A DNA stretch of 64,000 bases from a virus (lineage: Duplodnaviria > Caudoviricetes), in the IMG/VR virus record IMGVR_UViG_2667528183_000003, positions 20,270 through 84,269 of that record, one strand, 5' to 3'. Both the position numbers and the translations under genes were made by a program. The notes beneath the pieces are model-generated. The model worked only from the letters and a program-made list of their open reading frames with translations, was not told the origin of the DNA and searched no databases. This document shows, piece after piece, positions 1 through 9,698 of this stretch; positions within the stretch are counted from its first letter, which is position 1, and the number at the start of each line of letters is the position of its first letter.

Positions 1-455
1 TGCGCTTCGGTGCCCGCGACATTACAGAAGTCGCGGTCCCAGACCATGAGCGCGTAATCGACTCGGAACTGCTGGCGGCGGCTGCAAGTGGTCAGCCCTT
101 GGACGGTTGGCCTGAAGAAGATGTGGCTATCGCCGTGGCAGCGCTGGCCAGGATCGCCGACGCCGTCACTCGGGCGCGCAGTGAGGTTTCGTTTTACCTG
201 CGGTTCCGCCCGGCCGGAGAAGACGCCCCCGAGTGGGTGGCCGATGATCTGGCCGAGATTGCTCGTTATCACCTGTACGACGATGCGGGCAAGGAAGAGT
301 CGACCGTGCGCGTGCTTTACAAGGACGTCATCAAGCGCCTGGAAACCCTGGCCAGGGAGGACAAGGAGCGTGGTGCCTCGGACGGTGGACAGTCCGGTTT
401 CCAGATATCCCAGCAGCCCCGGCTCATGAGCCGCAACACCTTGAGGAACTTGTGA
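1..455 (+). CDS. Mu gp36-like head-tail joining protein (5' partial)
   Basis: Frame is open from the window edge (RFGARDITEV...); IARYHLY motif; lies before the gp37-like gene. Confidence 0.7.
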   Translation, partial: RFGARDITEVAVPDHERVIDSELLAAAASGQPLDGWPEEDVAIAVAALARIADAVTRARSEVSFYLRFRPAGEDAPEWVADDLAEIARYHLYDDAGKEESTVRVLYKDVIKRLETLAREDKERGASDGGQSGFQISQQPRLMSRNTLRNL

Positions 456-1021
456 TGCTGGGCGAACTGGAGGACTTGATCGAGGCGCGGCTCAAGGAGC
501 TGAACAGCAAGCTGCCGAGCCTGGTGGTGGGCAGCTACGGCGGCGAATTGAGCGATCCTAATCTGTTGTCCGGTTTGCTCAAGCGTTGCCCAGCCATCTT
601 GCTGACGGTGCCCAAGGTGACATTCACCCGTAAAACCAACACCCGCTATTCGGTGCCGATCACCTTCCGCTTGATCATTGCTACCCGTCACCCTCGGGGC
701 GAAAGGGAAACCCGGCGCGGCACGACAGATAAGGACATCGGCAGTTATGCGCTGTGGGAAGCCTGCATGCACCAACTGGTTGACTGGCAGCCTTGGACAG
801 ATCGCGCTGCCATCAAACCGACCGAACTTTCAAACCTGGTCAACGGCAAGTTTGAAAGCGCTCACCTTTCCGTCCTGGGGCAGTCGTTCGTTATCGAGCT
901 GGACTGGGAGAAACCGAAAGAGGCGCTGCCGGAATTTTTGGGTATTGACTTGAACTACCACTCCCCGTCGGAAAACCCCAACCCGGTGGCCACCGACTTA
1001 ATCGAATTGAGGGACGTGTAA
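452..1021 (+). CDS. Mu gp37-like tail terminator
   Basis: 189-aa ORF; synteny; V.SYGGE and PA+L motifs. Confidence 0.7.
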   Translation: MMLGELEDLIEARLKELNSKLPSLVVGSYGGELSDPNLLSGLLKRCPAILLTVPKVTFTRKTNTRYSVPITFRLIIATRHPRGERETRRGTTDKDIGSYALWEACMHQLVDWQPWTDRAAIKPTELSNLVNGKFESAHLSVLGQSFVIELDWEKPKEALPEFLGIDLNYHSPSENPNPVATDLIELRDV

Positions 1022-1215
1022 TGCACGTTATCGCCGCACCTGGTCAACAGGTGCCAATGGAAGGAGATCCATATCAGTACATCGGCGACAAGCTCGACGA
1101 GGCTGTCGATGTACCGGATACCTCCTATTACCGCCGTCGCTTGGCGGCGGGTGAACTGCTGGCTGCGAAGAAACCGCGCAGTGCCAAACAACCCGCACAG
1201 GAAGCCGCTGAATGA
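1021..1215 (+). CDS. Mu gp38-like small protein (DUF2635-like)
   Basis: VPME...YYRRRLAAGEL motif; directly before the sheath gene. Confidence 0.75.
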   Translation: MHVIAAPGQQVPMEGDPYQYIGDKLDEAVDVPDTSYYRRRLAAGELLAAKKPRSAKQPAQEAAE

Positions 1216-2315
1216 GCATTTCCTTTGACACCATCCCCGCATCGATTCGCAAACCCGGTGTGTACATGGAGTTCAACACCAGCCTGGCGGTACGGACACT
1301 GCCGACCAACAAGCAAAGCGCCTGCCTGATCGTTCCCCTGGGCGCCGGAGCGACAGTCGGGGCCAACGTGCCGACACCGATCTATAGCGCGGCCGAGGCC
1401 AAAGCTCTGTTCGGTGGAACGGTTGCCGAGGAAATGGCCGAGGCGTTTATCACGGCTTATCGTTATGCCAGCCTTTCGGCCGTGGGTGTGGCTGCCGTCG
1501 AGGGCGAGGGTGAACCTGACATCAAGGCTGCCCTGGATGCAACTGCCCTGGGCGGCTTCACTATCTTGGTGCCTGCCTGGTACAGCCAGACCGCGCTTAC
1601 TGCACTGCGTACCCACATCCAGCTCTATACCAACTCAATGGAACAGCAAGGCATCATCGGCGTTGCGGCGCTGACCAGCACCTTGTCTGCGGCCACTACC
1701 TTGGCCACTTCGTTGAACTCTGGCGCTATCAGCCTGGCCGTGCTGCCTGGTACGCCATCGACTGCGCGCCAGGTTGCCGCTGCCTACGCCGCGATGATCG
1801 CATCGGAAGAAGACCCAGCCCGGCCACTGAACACCCTCGTACTGACAGGCATCAAGGTGCCGCCAGTCACTCAGCGCCTTGGCCGTACCGAGCAGGAAAC
1901 CGCCCTGGCCAACGGCGTCACACCGCTGGAGGTTGCGGCCGGTGATGTGATTCAGATTGTCCGCGCCGTGACCACCTACACCAAGTCTGCGGCCGGTGCC
2001 ACGGATGTGTCGCTGTTGGACCTGACCACCATCCGCACCCTGTATTACGTGCGTATGGCCTGCCGTGACCGTATCCGCTTGCGCTTCCCGCGCGCCAAGC
2101 TCTCCAAGAAAACCCCAGAGGCTGTGCGGGGTGAGCTGCTGGACGTACTGCTCAAGCTGGAAGAGCTGGAGATCGTCGAAGAAGTCGAAGCCAACGCGGC
2201 CAGCCTGGTGGTCGAGCGTTCGCTCCAGGGCGTAAACCGCCTCAACGCCGCCATTCCCACTGACGTAGTCAACGGCCTGCATGTGTTCGCCGGTCGTATC
2301 GACCTGCTCCTTTAA
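1212..2315 (+). CDS. Contractile tail sheath protein (Mu gpL-like, compact 367 aa)
   Basis: ISFDTIP..IRKPGVY.EF N-terminus; EEDPARPLNTL; DVVNGLHVFAGRIDL C-terminus. Confidence 0.9.
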   Translation: MSISFDTIPASIRKPGVYMEFNTSLAVRTLPTNKQSACLIVPLGAGATVGANVPTPIYSAAEAKALFGGTVAEEMAEAFITAYRYASLSAVGVAAVEGEGEPDIKAALDATALGGFTILVPAWYSQTALTALRTHIQLYTNSMEQQGIIGVAALTSTLSAATTLATSLNSGAISLAVLPGTPSTARQVAAAYAAMIASEEDPARPLNTLVLTGIKVPPVTQRLGRTEQETALANGVTPLEVAAGDVIQIVRAVTTYTKSAAGATDVSLLDLTTIRTLYYVRMACRDRIRLRFPRAKLSKKTPEAVRGELLDVLLKLEELEIVEEVEANAASLVVERSLQGVNRLNAAIPTDVVNGLHVFAGRIDLLL

Positions 2316-2331
2316 TAAGAGGTGACTTTAT

Positions 2332-2703
2332 ATGGCTGATAACTATGTGGGACTGATCGTCCTGGAGATCAACGGCACCGACTATGAGGTCTCCAGCGTC
2401 GAGCCAAGCCTCAAGACCGGGCGCACAGTTGTAAAGACCATGAACCGCACGGGGCGAGCGACCGGCACGGCCAAGGGTATTGAAGAGCACGAACTGAAAA
2501 TTTCCGTGCCTATCCCGAAAACCGGCGAGCCGGACTGGCGCGCCTTGCTGGACGCCAAACTGACCATCTATCCCCAAGATGGCGGCAGTAAGCGCCAGAC
2601 CTGGACCGGCTGCTCGCTGATGGAGATGGGCAGCAAGTACCAGCTTGAAGGCGAAGCCACCCGCGACCTGACCATCGCCGCACTGAACTACTACACGGAG
2701 TAA
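2332..2703 (+). CDS. Tail tube protein
   Basis: 123 aa, follows the sheath gene, GAGGTG RBS. Confidence 0.75.
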   Translation: MADNYVGLIVLEINGTDYEVSSVEPSLKTGRTVVKTMNRTGRATGTAKGIEEHELKISVPIPKTGEPDWRALLDAKLTIYPQDGGSKRQTWTGCSLMEMGSKYQLEGEATRDLTIAALNYYTE

Positions 2704-2707
2704 CGCA

Positions 2708-3112
2708 ATGACTGAGCAAACGAACAAGCAGTGGGACGGCCTGACCATTACCGGCGAGCTGCGTATCGGCGTTTATTATGCTGGCCTGCGGCACAAGCGC
2801 TTCACCCTGCGCGTCGGCATGGCGGGCGATCTGGTAGCAGCGCAAGAGCTGCACCCTGACGGTCCCTTTCAGTTGACCACCCTCGAAGTGTATCGCCGCC
2901 AGTTGCTGTCCTTGGGTGACATCCCGACCGAAGCACTGACCGTCGAACTGCTGCGCGAGCAACTCGCCGAAACCGACTTGGCCATCATCGCCAACGCAGA
3001 TGCTGATCTGGAAAAAAAGCTCGCGCCGCCGAGCGCGGCAACGCCGACTGGCGCCGAATCGAGCACGCCCTTATCCGACACGGCTACCGGCTCGACGAAC
3101 TCCGCCGCATGA
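2708..3112 (+). CDS. Tail assembly chaperone; probable -1 frameshift extension to 3216
   Basis: Between tube and tape measure; A-AAA-AAG at 3013-3019. Confidence 0.7.
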   Translation: MTEQTNKQWDGLTITGELRIGVYYAGLRHKRFTLRVGMAGDLVAAQELHPDGPFQLTTLEVYRRQLLSLGDIPTEALTVELLREQLAETDLAIIANADADLEKKLAPPSAATPTGAESSTPLSDTATGSTNSAA

Positions 3113-3273
3113 CCAGGGCGGAGATCGACACCCGTATCGATCTGATCATCGGCAAGGTCAAGAAAACACGCTACGTCAGCAAGCGCCAGCGCAAGCCACT
3201 GCCGAAACCACGATAAGACCAGGCTCGATTTCGGGCCTTTCTTGTCCCTGTAAGACCCTTTCGGGAGCATCCA

Positions 3274-5496
3274 ATGAGTTCTGATCTGCGCGTAGCGCTT
3301 CGTTTCCAGGCCCACGCAGGCAACAGCCGACGCGAGATCGAGCAGATCAATCGCGACCTTCGCAAGGCAGGTAAGGAAGGCGCCAAGTCCCTGGCGGATG
3401 AAAGCTGGAAAGCCTCCACTGCAATAACCAATGTCGGCCGTGTGGGAGCCAACAGCTATAAAACCATCCGTAGTGCCATGCGTGAAACTGCGGGGGCTGG
3501 TTCCGGCACGCGTATCGAGGTCAGCAAGACTTCGGCTGAACTCAAGCAGATGGCTGCGGCCGCCCGTAAGGCTGCTCGTGATGCCAAGACCGAACTGGTG
3601 AGCGCAGACCGCCAGGGCGTGCAGCCGCTGCGCCAAAGCGTTGACCGGACAGAAACATCCTTCAGGCGCCTGGCGCAAAACGGTGGACGTAGTCTTCGCG
3701 CCTTGAAGACGATTGCTGCGGGTGCCCGTCAGGAGTTTGATCGCCTGAAGGGTTTGGGGGGCAGTATGCAGGGACAGCTTGCTGGGCTGGGCGTTGGACT
3801 TGGGGTTGTGTCAGGTGTGACATCAAGTGCAAAACTGGACCGTCAGCTTATACGTACTCAACAGACTGCGGGAATGTCAGCTGAAGAGCGTGAAGAGTGG
3901 CGTGGGGAACAATGGCGATTGGCAAAAACCTACGGTATTGAGCGTGAGCAAGTTCAAACGGGCTTTGATACCTTAATCGCAAGTGGCTTGTCCTACGATA
4001 AAGCGAAGGCAAGTTCTGAGGCCATCGCTCAAGCTACCGCAGTTACCGGGGCTGACTCCGGGGTCTTGGCTAAAGCACTTATTACTGGGTCAAGTGCTTT
4101 TGATATCGATCTCTCCAAACCCAACGCCGCTGTAGATATCTTACAAAAGATGATTGTAGCTGGCCGTCTGGGGAACGCTGAACTTGAGAACCTCTCAAGT
4201 ATTTTTCCTAAGGTGGGGCAAGACGCCAAGTCTGCGGGCATGTCTATGGCTCAGTCTCTTTCGTTTGTTGAGACGTTATCTCTTATTGAGCTTGAACCTG
4301 ATCGTTTGGGTACGTTGGCACAGTCAACCTTGCGTGCATTCAATAACGGCACTTACCGTGAGAGCGTTACAAAGAATACTGGAGTCGAGTTCTTCAACAA
4401 GGATAAGTCTGTAAGGAATACTCAAGATGTATTTCTTGATCTCCAGCATAAGTATAAGTCGCTTAAGAACGATAAAGATCGCGCTCGTTTCATGAGTGTA
4501 GTGTTTGGCAAGATGGACCAGGACACGCAAAAAGGAGTTAAAGCATTCTTGACTGGGGATCGGCTGGAGAATTTTGCAAAAAGCACTGGTGACATCAATA
4601 ACGCCAAGGGCGTTATTGAAAAGGACTTGGCCGACAACATGAACAGTTCGACTGCTGTTGGTTCTCGAATGAAGGCCACCTTAGGTGAGGCCGTAGATCG
4701 CATGGCGAAACCTTTAAACAAGAGTTTCGCTGACATGGGTAGTTACCTGCTCGATGACCTGAACTTGTCCGGTGAACAGATGTTGCTCGGTGGCGCCGCC
4801 CTGGGTGTCGGTGGTTACTACGCCGGACGTGGTGCCAAAGCTGGGGCCGGTGCGCTGTTCAACAAGCTAACGGGCGGGCCTGAAACCCTCAAAAACATTG
4901 CGGTCGGTAAAGTCCTGGAGGAAGCGACAGGCGTTACTTCTGTCTTTGTCACCAACTGGCCAGGCGGCATGCTTGGCGGCGTGCCAGATCTGCCTGGCGC
5001 GCCATCTTCCGGTAAGGGCAAGCCAGGCGGTTTTGTCGCGCCATGGTTGGCACCTGTGGCCTTGGGCGCAAGTGCAACGCAGATTGGCGGGGCAAGTGCG
5101 ACAGCCACAGACGAAGGCCGCCTGGATGCCGCCCAGCGCAGCAAGCTGCTCAACGATGACCAGCGCACCTACCAAACTGCCTTTTACCGCAATCGTATAG
5201 ACCTGGCCGGACAGAACCCCGGCCAATCATCCGACTGGCTGTCCTCTCAGGCCCAGCGCCTGGCACATCAGCAAACCGGCCTGACGGCATCGGGGTTGCC
5301 GGTCGAGGGTGCCAATCAGTGGGCCGCTGGAGTCGCGAATCGCGCCGTAACCGCCGGGGTTGAAACGCCTGCTGCCGAGGCCCGCCTCCGACGCCTTCTG
5401 GATCAACCCCTGGTCATCGAACTGCGCACAGACTCAAACATGATCCAGGCCGAGGTCGAGCGCAGAGCTGACATTCAGATGAGGCGCGGCGGATGA
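3274..5496 (+). CDS. Tail tape measure protein
   Basis: 740 aa, Ala/Gly-rich helical; AGRLGNAELENL and VFVTNWPG motifs; synteny. Confidence 0.9.
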   Translation: MSSDLRVALRFQAHAGNSRREIEQINRDLRKAGKEGAKSLADESWKASTAITNVGRVGANSYKTIRSAMRETAGAGSGTRIEVSKTSAELKQMAAAARKAARDAKTELVSADRQGVQPLRQSVDRTETSFRRLAQNGGRSLRALKTIAAGARQEFDRLKGLGGSMQGQLAGLGVGLGVVSGVTSSAKLDRQLIRTQQTAGMSAEEREEWRGEQWRLAKTYGIEREQVQTGFDTLIASGLSYDKAKASSEAIAQATAVTGADSGVLAKALITGSSAFDIDLSKPNAAVDILQKMIVAGRLGNAELENLSSIFPKVGQDAKSAGMSMAQSLSFVETLSLIELEPDRLGTLAQSTLRAFNNGTYRESVTKNTGVEFFNKDKSVRNTQDVFLDLQHKYKSLKNDKDRARFMSVVFGKMDQDTQKGVKAFLTGDRLENFAKSTGDINNAKGVIEKDLADNMNSSTAVGSRMKATLGEAVDRMAKPLNKSFADMGSYLLDDLNLSGEQMLLGGAALGVGGYYAGRGAKAGAGALFNKLTGGPETLKNIAVGKVLEEATGVTSVFVTNWPGGMLGGVPDLPGAPSSGKGKPGGFVAPWLAPVALGASATQIGGASATATDEGRLDAAQRSKLLNDDQRTYQTAFYRNRIDLAGQNPGQSSDWLSSQAQRLAHQQTGLTASGLPVEGANQWAAGVANRAVTAGVETPAAEARLRRLLDQPLVIELRTDSNMIQAEVERRADIQMRRGG

Positions 5497-6818
5497 GCTG
5501 GTCAGAAACCTTGCTGGATGCCTCCTTTCGAGGTGTTCCGCTCCTGGTCGTTGACGAAACCTTGCAATGGCAGCGGGCGTTGTCTGAGCATGGGACACCA
5601 TTTAAGGATGGTGACAGCGTGGTCGACCTGGGGCGGGGAGCACGTCGCGTCCCGATGCAGCTCATCGTTTACGGCGATAACTACGAGATTGAGCTACAGA
5701 ATCTTCTGCTGGCACTGGGGCAGCGTGGACCGGGTGAACTGATCCACCCGATTTACGGCAGCATGAGTGTCGTCTCGCAAAACGTCGAGGTGAAACACGT
5801 TGCCGAAAGACCCGACGCTGCAATGGTTAGCCTGCTGTTTGTCGAAGACTCCCCTGACTTACCATTTTTTGCCCGGCAGTTTGAGTTCGTCGATATCGGT
5901 GTACTTGAACAAGAGGACCAGTATCGCTGGCAGGACGGCATCTTCGATTTGTTCGGCCGCGTCGATTCCCTGGTCGCGGAGATCCAGTCATGGATCGGTG
6001 GCGGTTGGGTCGGGCTGATCGAGAAGGCGCTCGGCCTACCAGGTATCTTCCTGCGCGTGCAGCAACTGCGGTCACAGATCCTAGGTGTTGTGTCTGGTGT
6101 TGCGTCGATGGCCAAGCATCCATCGGCGGCATTCGACCCTCTGACTGAACTGTTCCGCACGCCGACGCAGATCCGTGGTTCGATCAGTGACAGCACACCC
6201 ACCACGTCGACGGCACTGCTTGCCCGAAGTGGTGTTCCGGCGACCATGCCAGGCGCTGACACCTTAACCACAGATGCTGCGCAGGCTGCCAATTCCTTCT
6301 TGATCAGTGCCCGCCAAGGTGTTGCCCCTGATGCGGACAGACTGCCCGACGGTATGCCTGACGATCCGGTCGAAGCCAGTGCGTTTGCGCTTGTTGTCCT
6401 AGTCGTCACGGAGCTTGCCGCAGCCCATTCGCTGGCGGTAGCCAGCGTGATCGAGGACGAAGCCAACATGCCGACCTTGAGCCCTCTGGAACTGGAGGGT
6501 CTGGTTAATCTGGTGCGCTCCCTGGTCCAGGGCGCAATCCTGCTCCAGCGTCGACTCTACGACGTGGAAACTTCCCGACCAGTCATCGAGGCCCTGCGCA
6601 ACACCGCCGCGATGATCCAGGCCCGAGCCCGGCAGGTGATTTTGCAGAGCCCGCCTATGGTCGAGCGCGTTGTTGAAACTCCGGCCAGCCTGCGCTTGTT
6701 AGCCCATCGTTGGTACGGTGACCATGCTCGCGCTATTGAGCTGGTCCGGCTTAACCCTGACCTGAACACCCCTCACAACATCCCGGCCGGTAAGGTGCTG
6801 CGTGCTTATGCTGAATGA
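5493..6818 (+). CDS. Mu gp43/N-like DNA circularisation (tube initiator) protein
   Basis: W...LLDASFRGVP N-terminus; GELIHPIYG; LysM-like C-terminus (LAHRWYGD..RA.EL..LNP). Confidence 0.85.
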   Translation: MSWSETLLDASFRGVPLLVVDETLQWQRALSEHGTPFKDGDSVVDLGRGARRVPMQLIVYGDNYEIELQNLLLALGQRGPGELIHPIYGSMSVVSQNVEVKHVAERPDAAMVSLLFVEDSPDLPFFARQFEFVDIGVLEQEDQYRWQDGIFDLFGRVDSLVAEIQSWIGGGWVGLIEKALGLPGIFLRVQQLRSQILGVVSGVASMAKHPSAAFDPLTELFRTPTQIRGSISDSTPTTSTALLARSGVPATMPGADTLTTDAAQAANSFLISARQGVAPDADRLPDGMPDDPVEASAFALVVLVVTELAAAHSLAVASVIEDEANMPTLSPLELEGLVNLVRSLVQGAILLQRRLYDVETSRPVIEALRNTAAMIQARARQVILQSPPMVERVVETPASLRLLAHRWYGDHARAIELVRLNPDLNTPHNIPAGKVLRAYAE

Positions 6819-7932
6819 TCCTATTCCGTCTATTCGGCTGTCTATTGGCGGTCTGTTCCACGAAACCTGGGATGGCTGGTCGGTTGAGTCCGATCTGCTA
6901 ACCCCGGCCGATGCCTTCGAATTGGAGCTGCACACAAAGAACGCCACGCGCTTGCCTGACGTGATCAAAGAGGGCGCGCCCTGTTCGTTGACGTTGGACG
7001 GCGACCGTGTATTGACTGGGCAGATTGATGAGTTTGAGCACGATATCTCGCGCCAGGGTATCAACATGCGTATCAATGGCCGCGACCGTGCTGCTCCCCT
7101 GGTCGACTGCTCGGCACCTTTCGTGTCCATGCGTGAAGCGTCCCTGGCGCAGATCCTTGACCAGGTGGTAAAGCCCCTGGGCACGTACCAAGTTGAGATC
7201 CGCGCCGACCAGGCCAAGACCCGGCGGCGCATCCAGATCGAACCTGGACAGACAGCTTGGGAGGCATTGCTCCAGGTCGCTGAGGCCAACGGCTTATGGC
7301 CATGGGTCGAGCCGGACGGCCGTCTGATCATCGGCGGGCCGGACTACAACGCACCGCCCGTGGGCACGTTGATCCTGCGCGAAGAAGATGGCGTGGACAA
7401 CAACGTCCAGCGCCTGAGCGTCCGCCGCTCGATAGCCAACCGCTACAGCCAGATAACCGTCCTCGGGCAGCACGGCCAGTACGACAACGATGGGCTGGAT
7501 ACCAAGCGCTCCCACCTGCGCTCGGTCATTCAAGACGAGACGCTGTCACGTCGTGGGATCTTCCGGCCCAAGGTCGTTATCGACAGCTCCAGCGAGAACC
7601 AGGACATGGCCACCACTCGCGCACGAAAGCTGCTGGCCGACAGTCGCCTGGAGGGTTTCGAGATCCGCGCCATCGTCAAAGGGCACCGCGCCGATAACGG
7701 CCAGGTCTGGAGCCCTGGTCAGCGTGTCATCGTCCGCAGTGAACCCCACGGGCTGGATGCCACCTACTTTCTGATGTCTCGCACCCTGCGTCTGTCTCGT
7801 GGTGAGGGGGCTATCACCGAGCTGCGCTTGCGTGAAGACAAAATGTGGGTGCTTGACGGGAACAAGCTGAAGAAGCGCAAGGGCAAGTCTGGTTCGGACG
7901 CTGCCTTTATCGAAATGATCAAGGCTCTCTGA
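6802..7932 (+). CDS. Mu gp44/P-like baseplate hub
   Basis: SDLLTPADAF, GRDRAAPLVDCS and EPGQTAW motifs. Confidence 0.85.
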   Translation: MLMLNDPIPSIRLSIGGLFHETWDGWSVESDLLTPADAFELELHTKNATRLPDVIKEGAPCSLTLDGDRVLTGQIDEFEHDISRQGINMRINGRDRAAPLVDCSAPFVSMREASLAQILDQVVKPLGTYQVEIRADQAKTRRRIQIEPGQTAWEALLQVAEANGLWPWVEPDGRLIIGGPDYNAPPVGTLILREEDGVDNNVQRLSVRRSIANRYSQITVLGQHGQYDNDGLDTKRSHLRSVIQDETLSRRGIFRPKVVIDSSSENQDMATTRARKLLADSRLEGFEIRAIVKGHRADNGQVWSPGQRVIVRSEPHGLDATYFLMSRTLRLSRGEGAITELRLREDKMWVLDGNKLKKRKGKSGSDAAFIEMIKAL

Positions 7933-8492
7933 TGAGCAGCCTACCGCGCCTGGTGCGCGAGCAAGTCGCCCGAGTCATGAGCAACGTTCGTCAGGCCTTC
8001 CGTGCAGTTGCAGCCAGGAACACCCACGGAACCTTGATCGGTGTCGAAATGGAGGGCCTGTCGGGCGAGTCGGTTTCAGGCGAGCTGTTCCAGCACTACG
8101 GATTCAGCTCGGCGCCGCTCCCAGGTGCCGAGTACCTGGTTGTTCCCGTGGGTGGCAATAGCAAGCACGCCGTGGTCGTGGCCAGTGAAGACGGGCGTTA
8201 TCGCCTCACACTCCAAGACGGCGAAGTATCGCTGTATACCGATGAGGGCGATTACATCCACATGAAGCGCGGCCGGTTGATTGAGGTCGTAACTGATGAC
8301 CTGGTGTTCAAGGTCAAGAATAAGGTGCGCTTTGATACGCCCATGGTTGAGATGACCGGCGACCAGCATGTCGACGGTAGCATCAAGGCTGATGCTGAGA
8401 TCGCCGACCATACGCGGACCATGCAGGGGGATCGCGACCTCTACAACGCGCACGGCCACTCTGGAGGCCCGCCTCCCAAGCCGCCTCAATAA
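7932..8492 (+). CDS. Mu gp45-like baseplate spike
   Basis: QHYGFSSAP motif; C-terminal HxH metal-binding tip (NAHGH). Confidence 0.85.
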   Translation: MSSLPRLVREQVARVMSNVRQAFRAVAARNTHGTLIGVEMEGLSGESVSGELFQHYGFSSAPLPGAEYLVVPVGGNSKHAVVVASEDGRYRLTLQDGEVSLYTDEGDYIHMKRGRLIEVVTDDLVFKVKNKVRFDTPMVEMTGDQHVDGSIKADAEIADHTRTMQGDRDLYNAHGHSGGPPPKPPQ

Positions 8493-8563
8493 CTCGTAGG
8501 TAGAGAACCTTAAGCGGTCCTTAAATCGCAACCTCACGCGCCTGCGCGACAGTATGCCGACCT

Positions 8564-8914
8564 ATGGACGCAGGCATAAACCCAACCACTGGCGACTTGA
8601 CGGGCCAGCGTATCAATACGCTGGCGAACGCCGTTTACATTCGCCTCATGACACCCCTCGGCACCTGGTGGAAAGACACCGCCGTCGGCTCACGCCTGCA
8701 TGAACTTCGCCGCGAAAAAGATCTGCCCCGCGTGGGCATCCTGGCCAAGCAATACGCCGAGCAAGCCCTCAAGCCACTGCTCGATGATGGCCGCGCAAAG
8801 AAGATCACCATCACCGCCGAGCAGCCACACAACGGCTGGCTCGACCTGCACATCGACATCATCGACGCCACCGGCAATCCGCAAGTGTTTCGCCAACCTG
8901 TACGAGTGATCTGA
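8564..8914 (+). CDS. Mu gp46-like baseplate wedge protein
   Basis: WW.D..VGSRLHEL.REK and YAEQALKPL motifs. Confidence 0.85.
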   Translation: MDAGINPTTGDLTGQRINTLANAVYIRLMTPLGTWWKDTAVGSRLHELRREKDLPRVGILAKQYAEQALKPLLDDGRAKKITITAEQPHNGWLDLHIDIIDATGNPQVFRQPVRVI

Positions 8915-9698
8915 TATGGCCTTTTCTGCGCCTGCCCTGGAAAGCATTCTCGCCGCGATCTTGCGCGACATTCGCAACGTTCAGCCCGAGGCTGATATCG
9001 GCACCGACAGTGACAACTATGTGCGCTCTGCTGCCGTTGCTGCGGCTATCGAGGGCCTGTATCAGAAGCTCGCCTGGGTGTATCGCCAGATCTTCCCTGA
9101 CACCGCAGACGAAGAGGAACTGGTGCATGCGGCTGCCATTCGGGGAGTGCTGCGCAAGGGTGCGGTAGCTGCTACAGGGACCGTCGCACTGAAAGGTGCT
9201 GTAGGTGTCGAGTTGTTGCCAGGGGCCACCCTCACTCATGTTGTGACCGGCGAGAAGTTCGACGCATTAGCTAGCGCGAAAATTGGCACCGATGGCACTG
9301 CAACCGTTCTTGTCCTGGCGCAGACTGTCGGCGCCCAACTCAACAGGCTGACTGGTGGCCTTGCGCTCACAAGCCCGCCATTGGGCATGGACGCAGCTGC
9401 CAGCTTCGTTGGTGAGACTGCCGGTGGCGACGACCAGGAAAAGACCGAGTCCTTGCTTGCCCGGCTCCTTGACTGCGGATTTCGGAGCACCGTGACCGGC
9501 CGTTTCGGTTGATCGTGACCGGTCATTTCGCTAACGCGTGACCGCTCATTTCGGTAGCAACGTGACCGATTTTCCGCCTGTTCCGAAACAGGTGGTCACG
9601 GCTTACCGAAATCGCCGGTCACGACTTAGCGAAAGCCTTCCCCTTCGTTGCGCATGACCTGATGCGCCGCCATCCTCGACCGATTTCGGGAGAGGAAG

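Noticed and set aside
9474-9640. CRISPR-like or iteron array of CGTGACCG repeats (also 56819-56985)
   Set aside because: These are the standard multiple terminal repeats of IS21-family ends; spacing is too short and there are no cas genes
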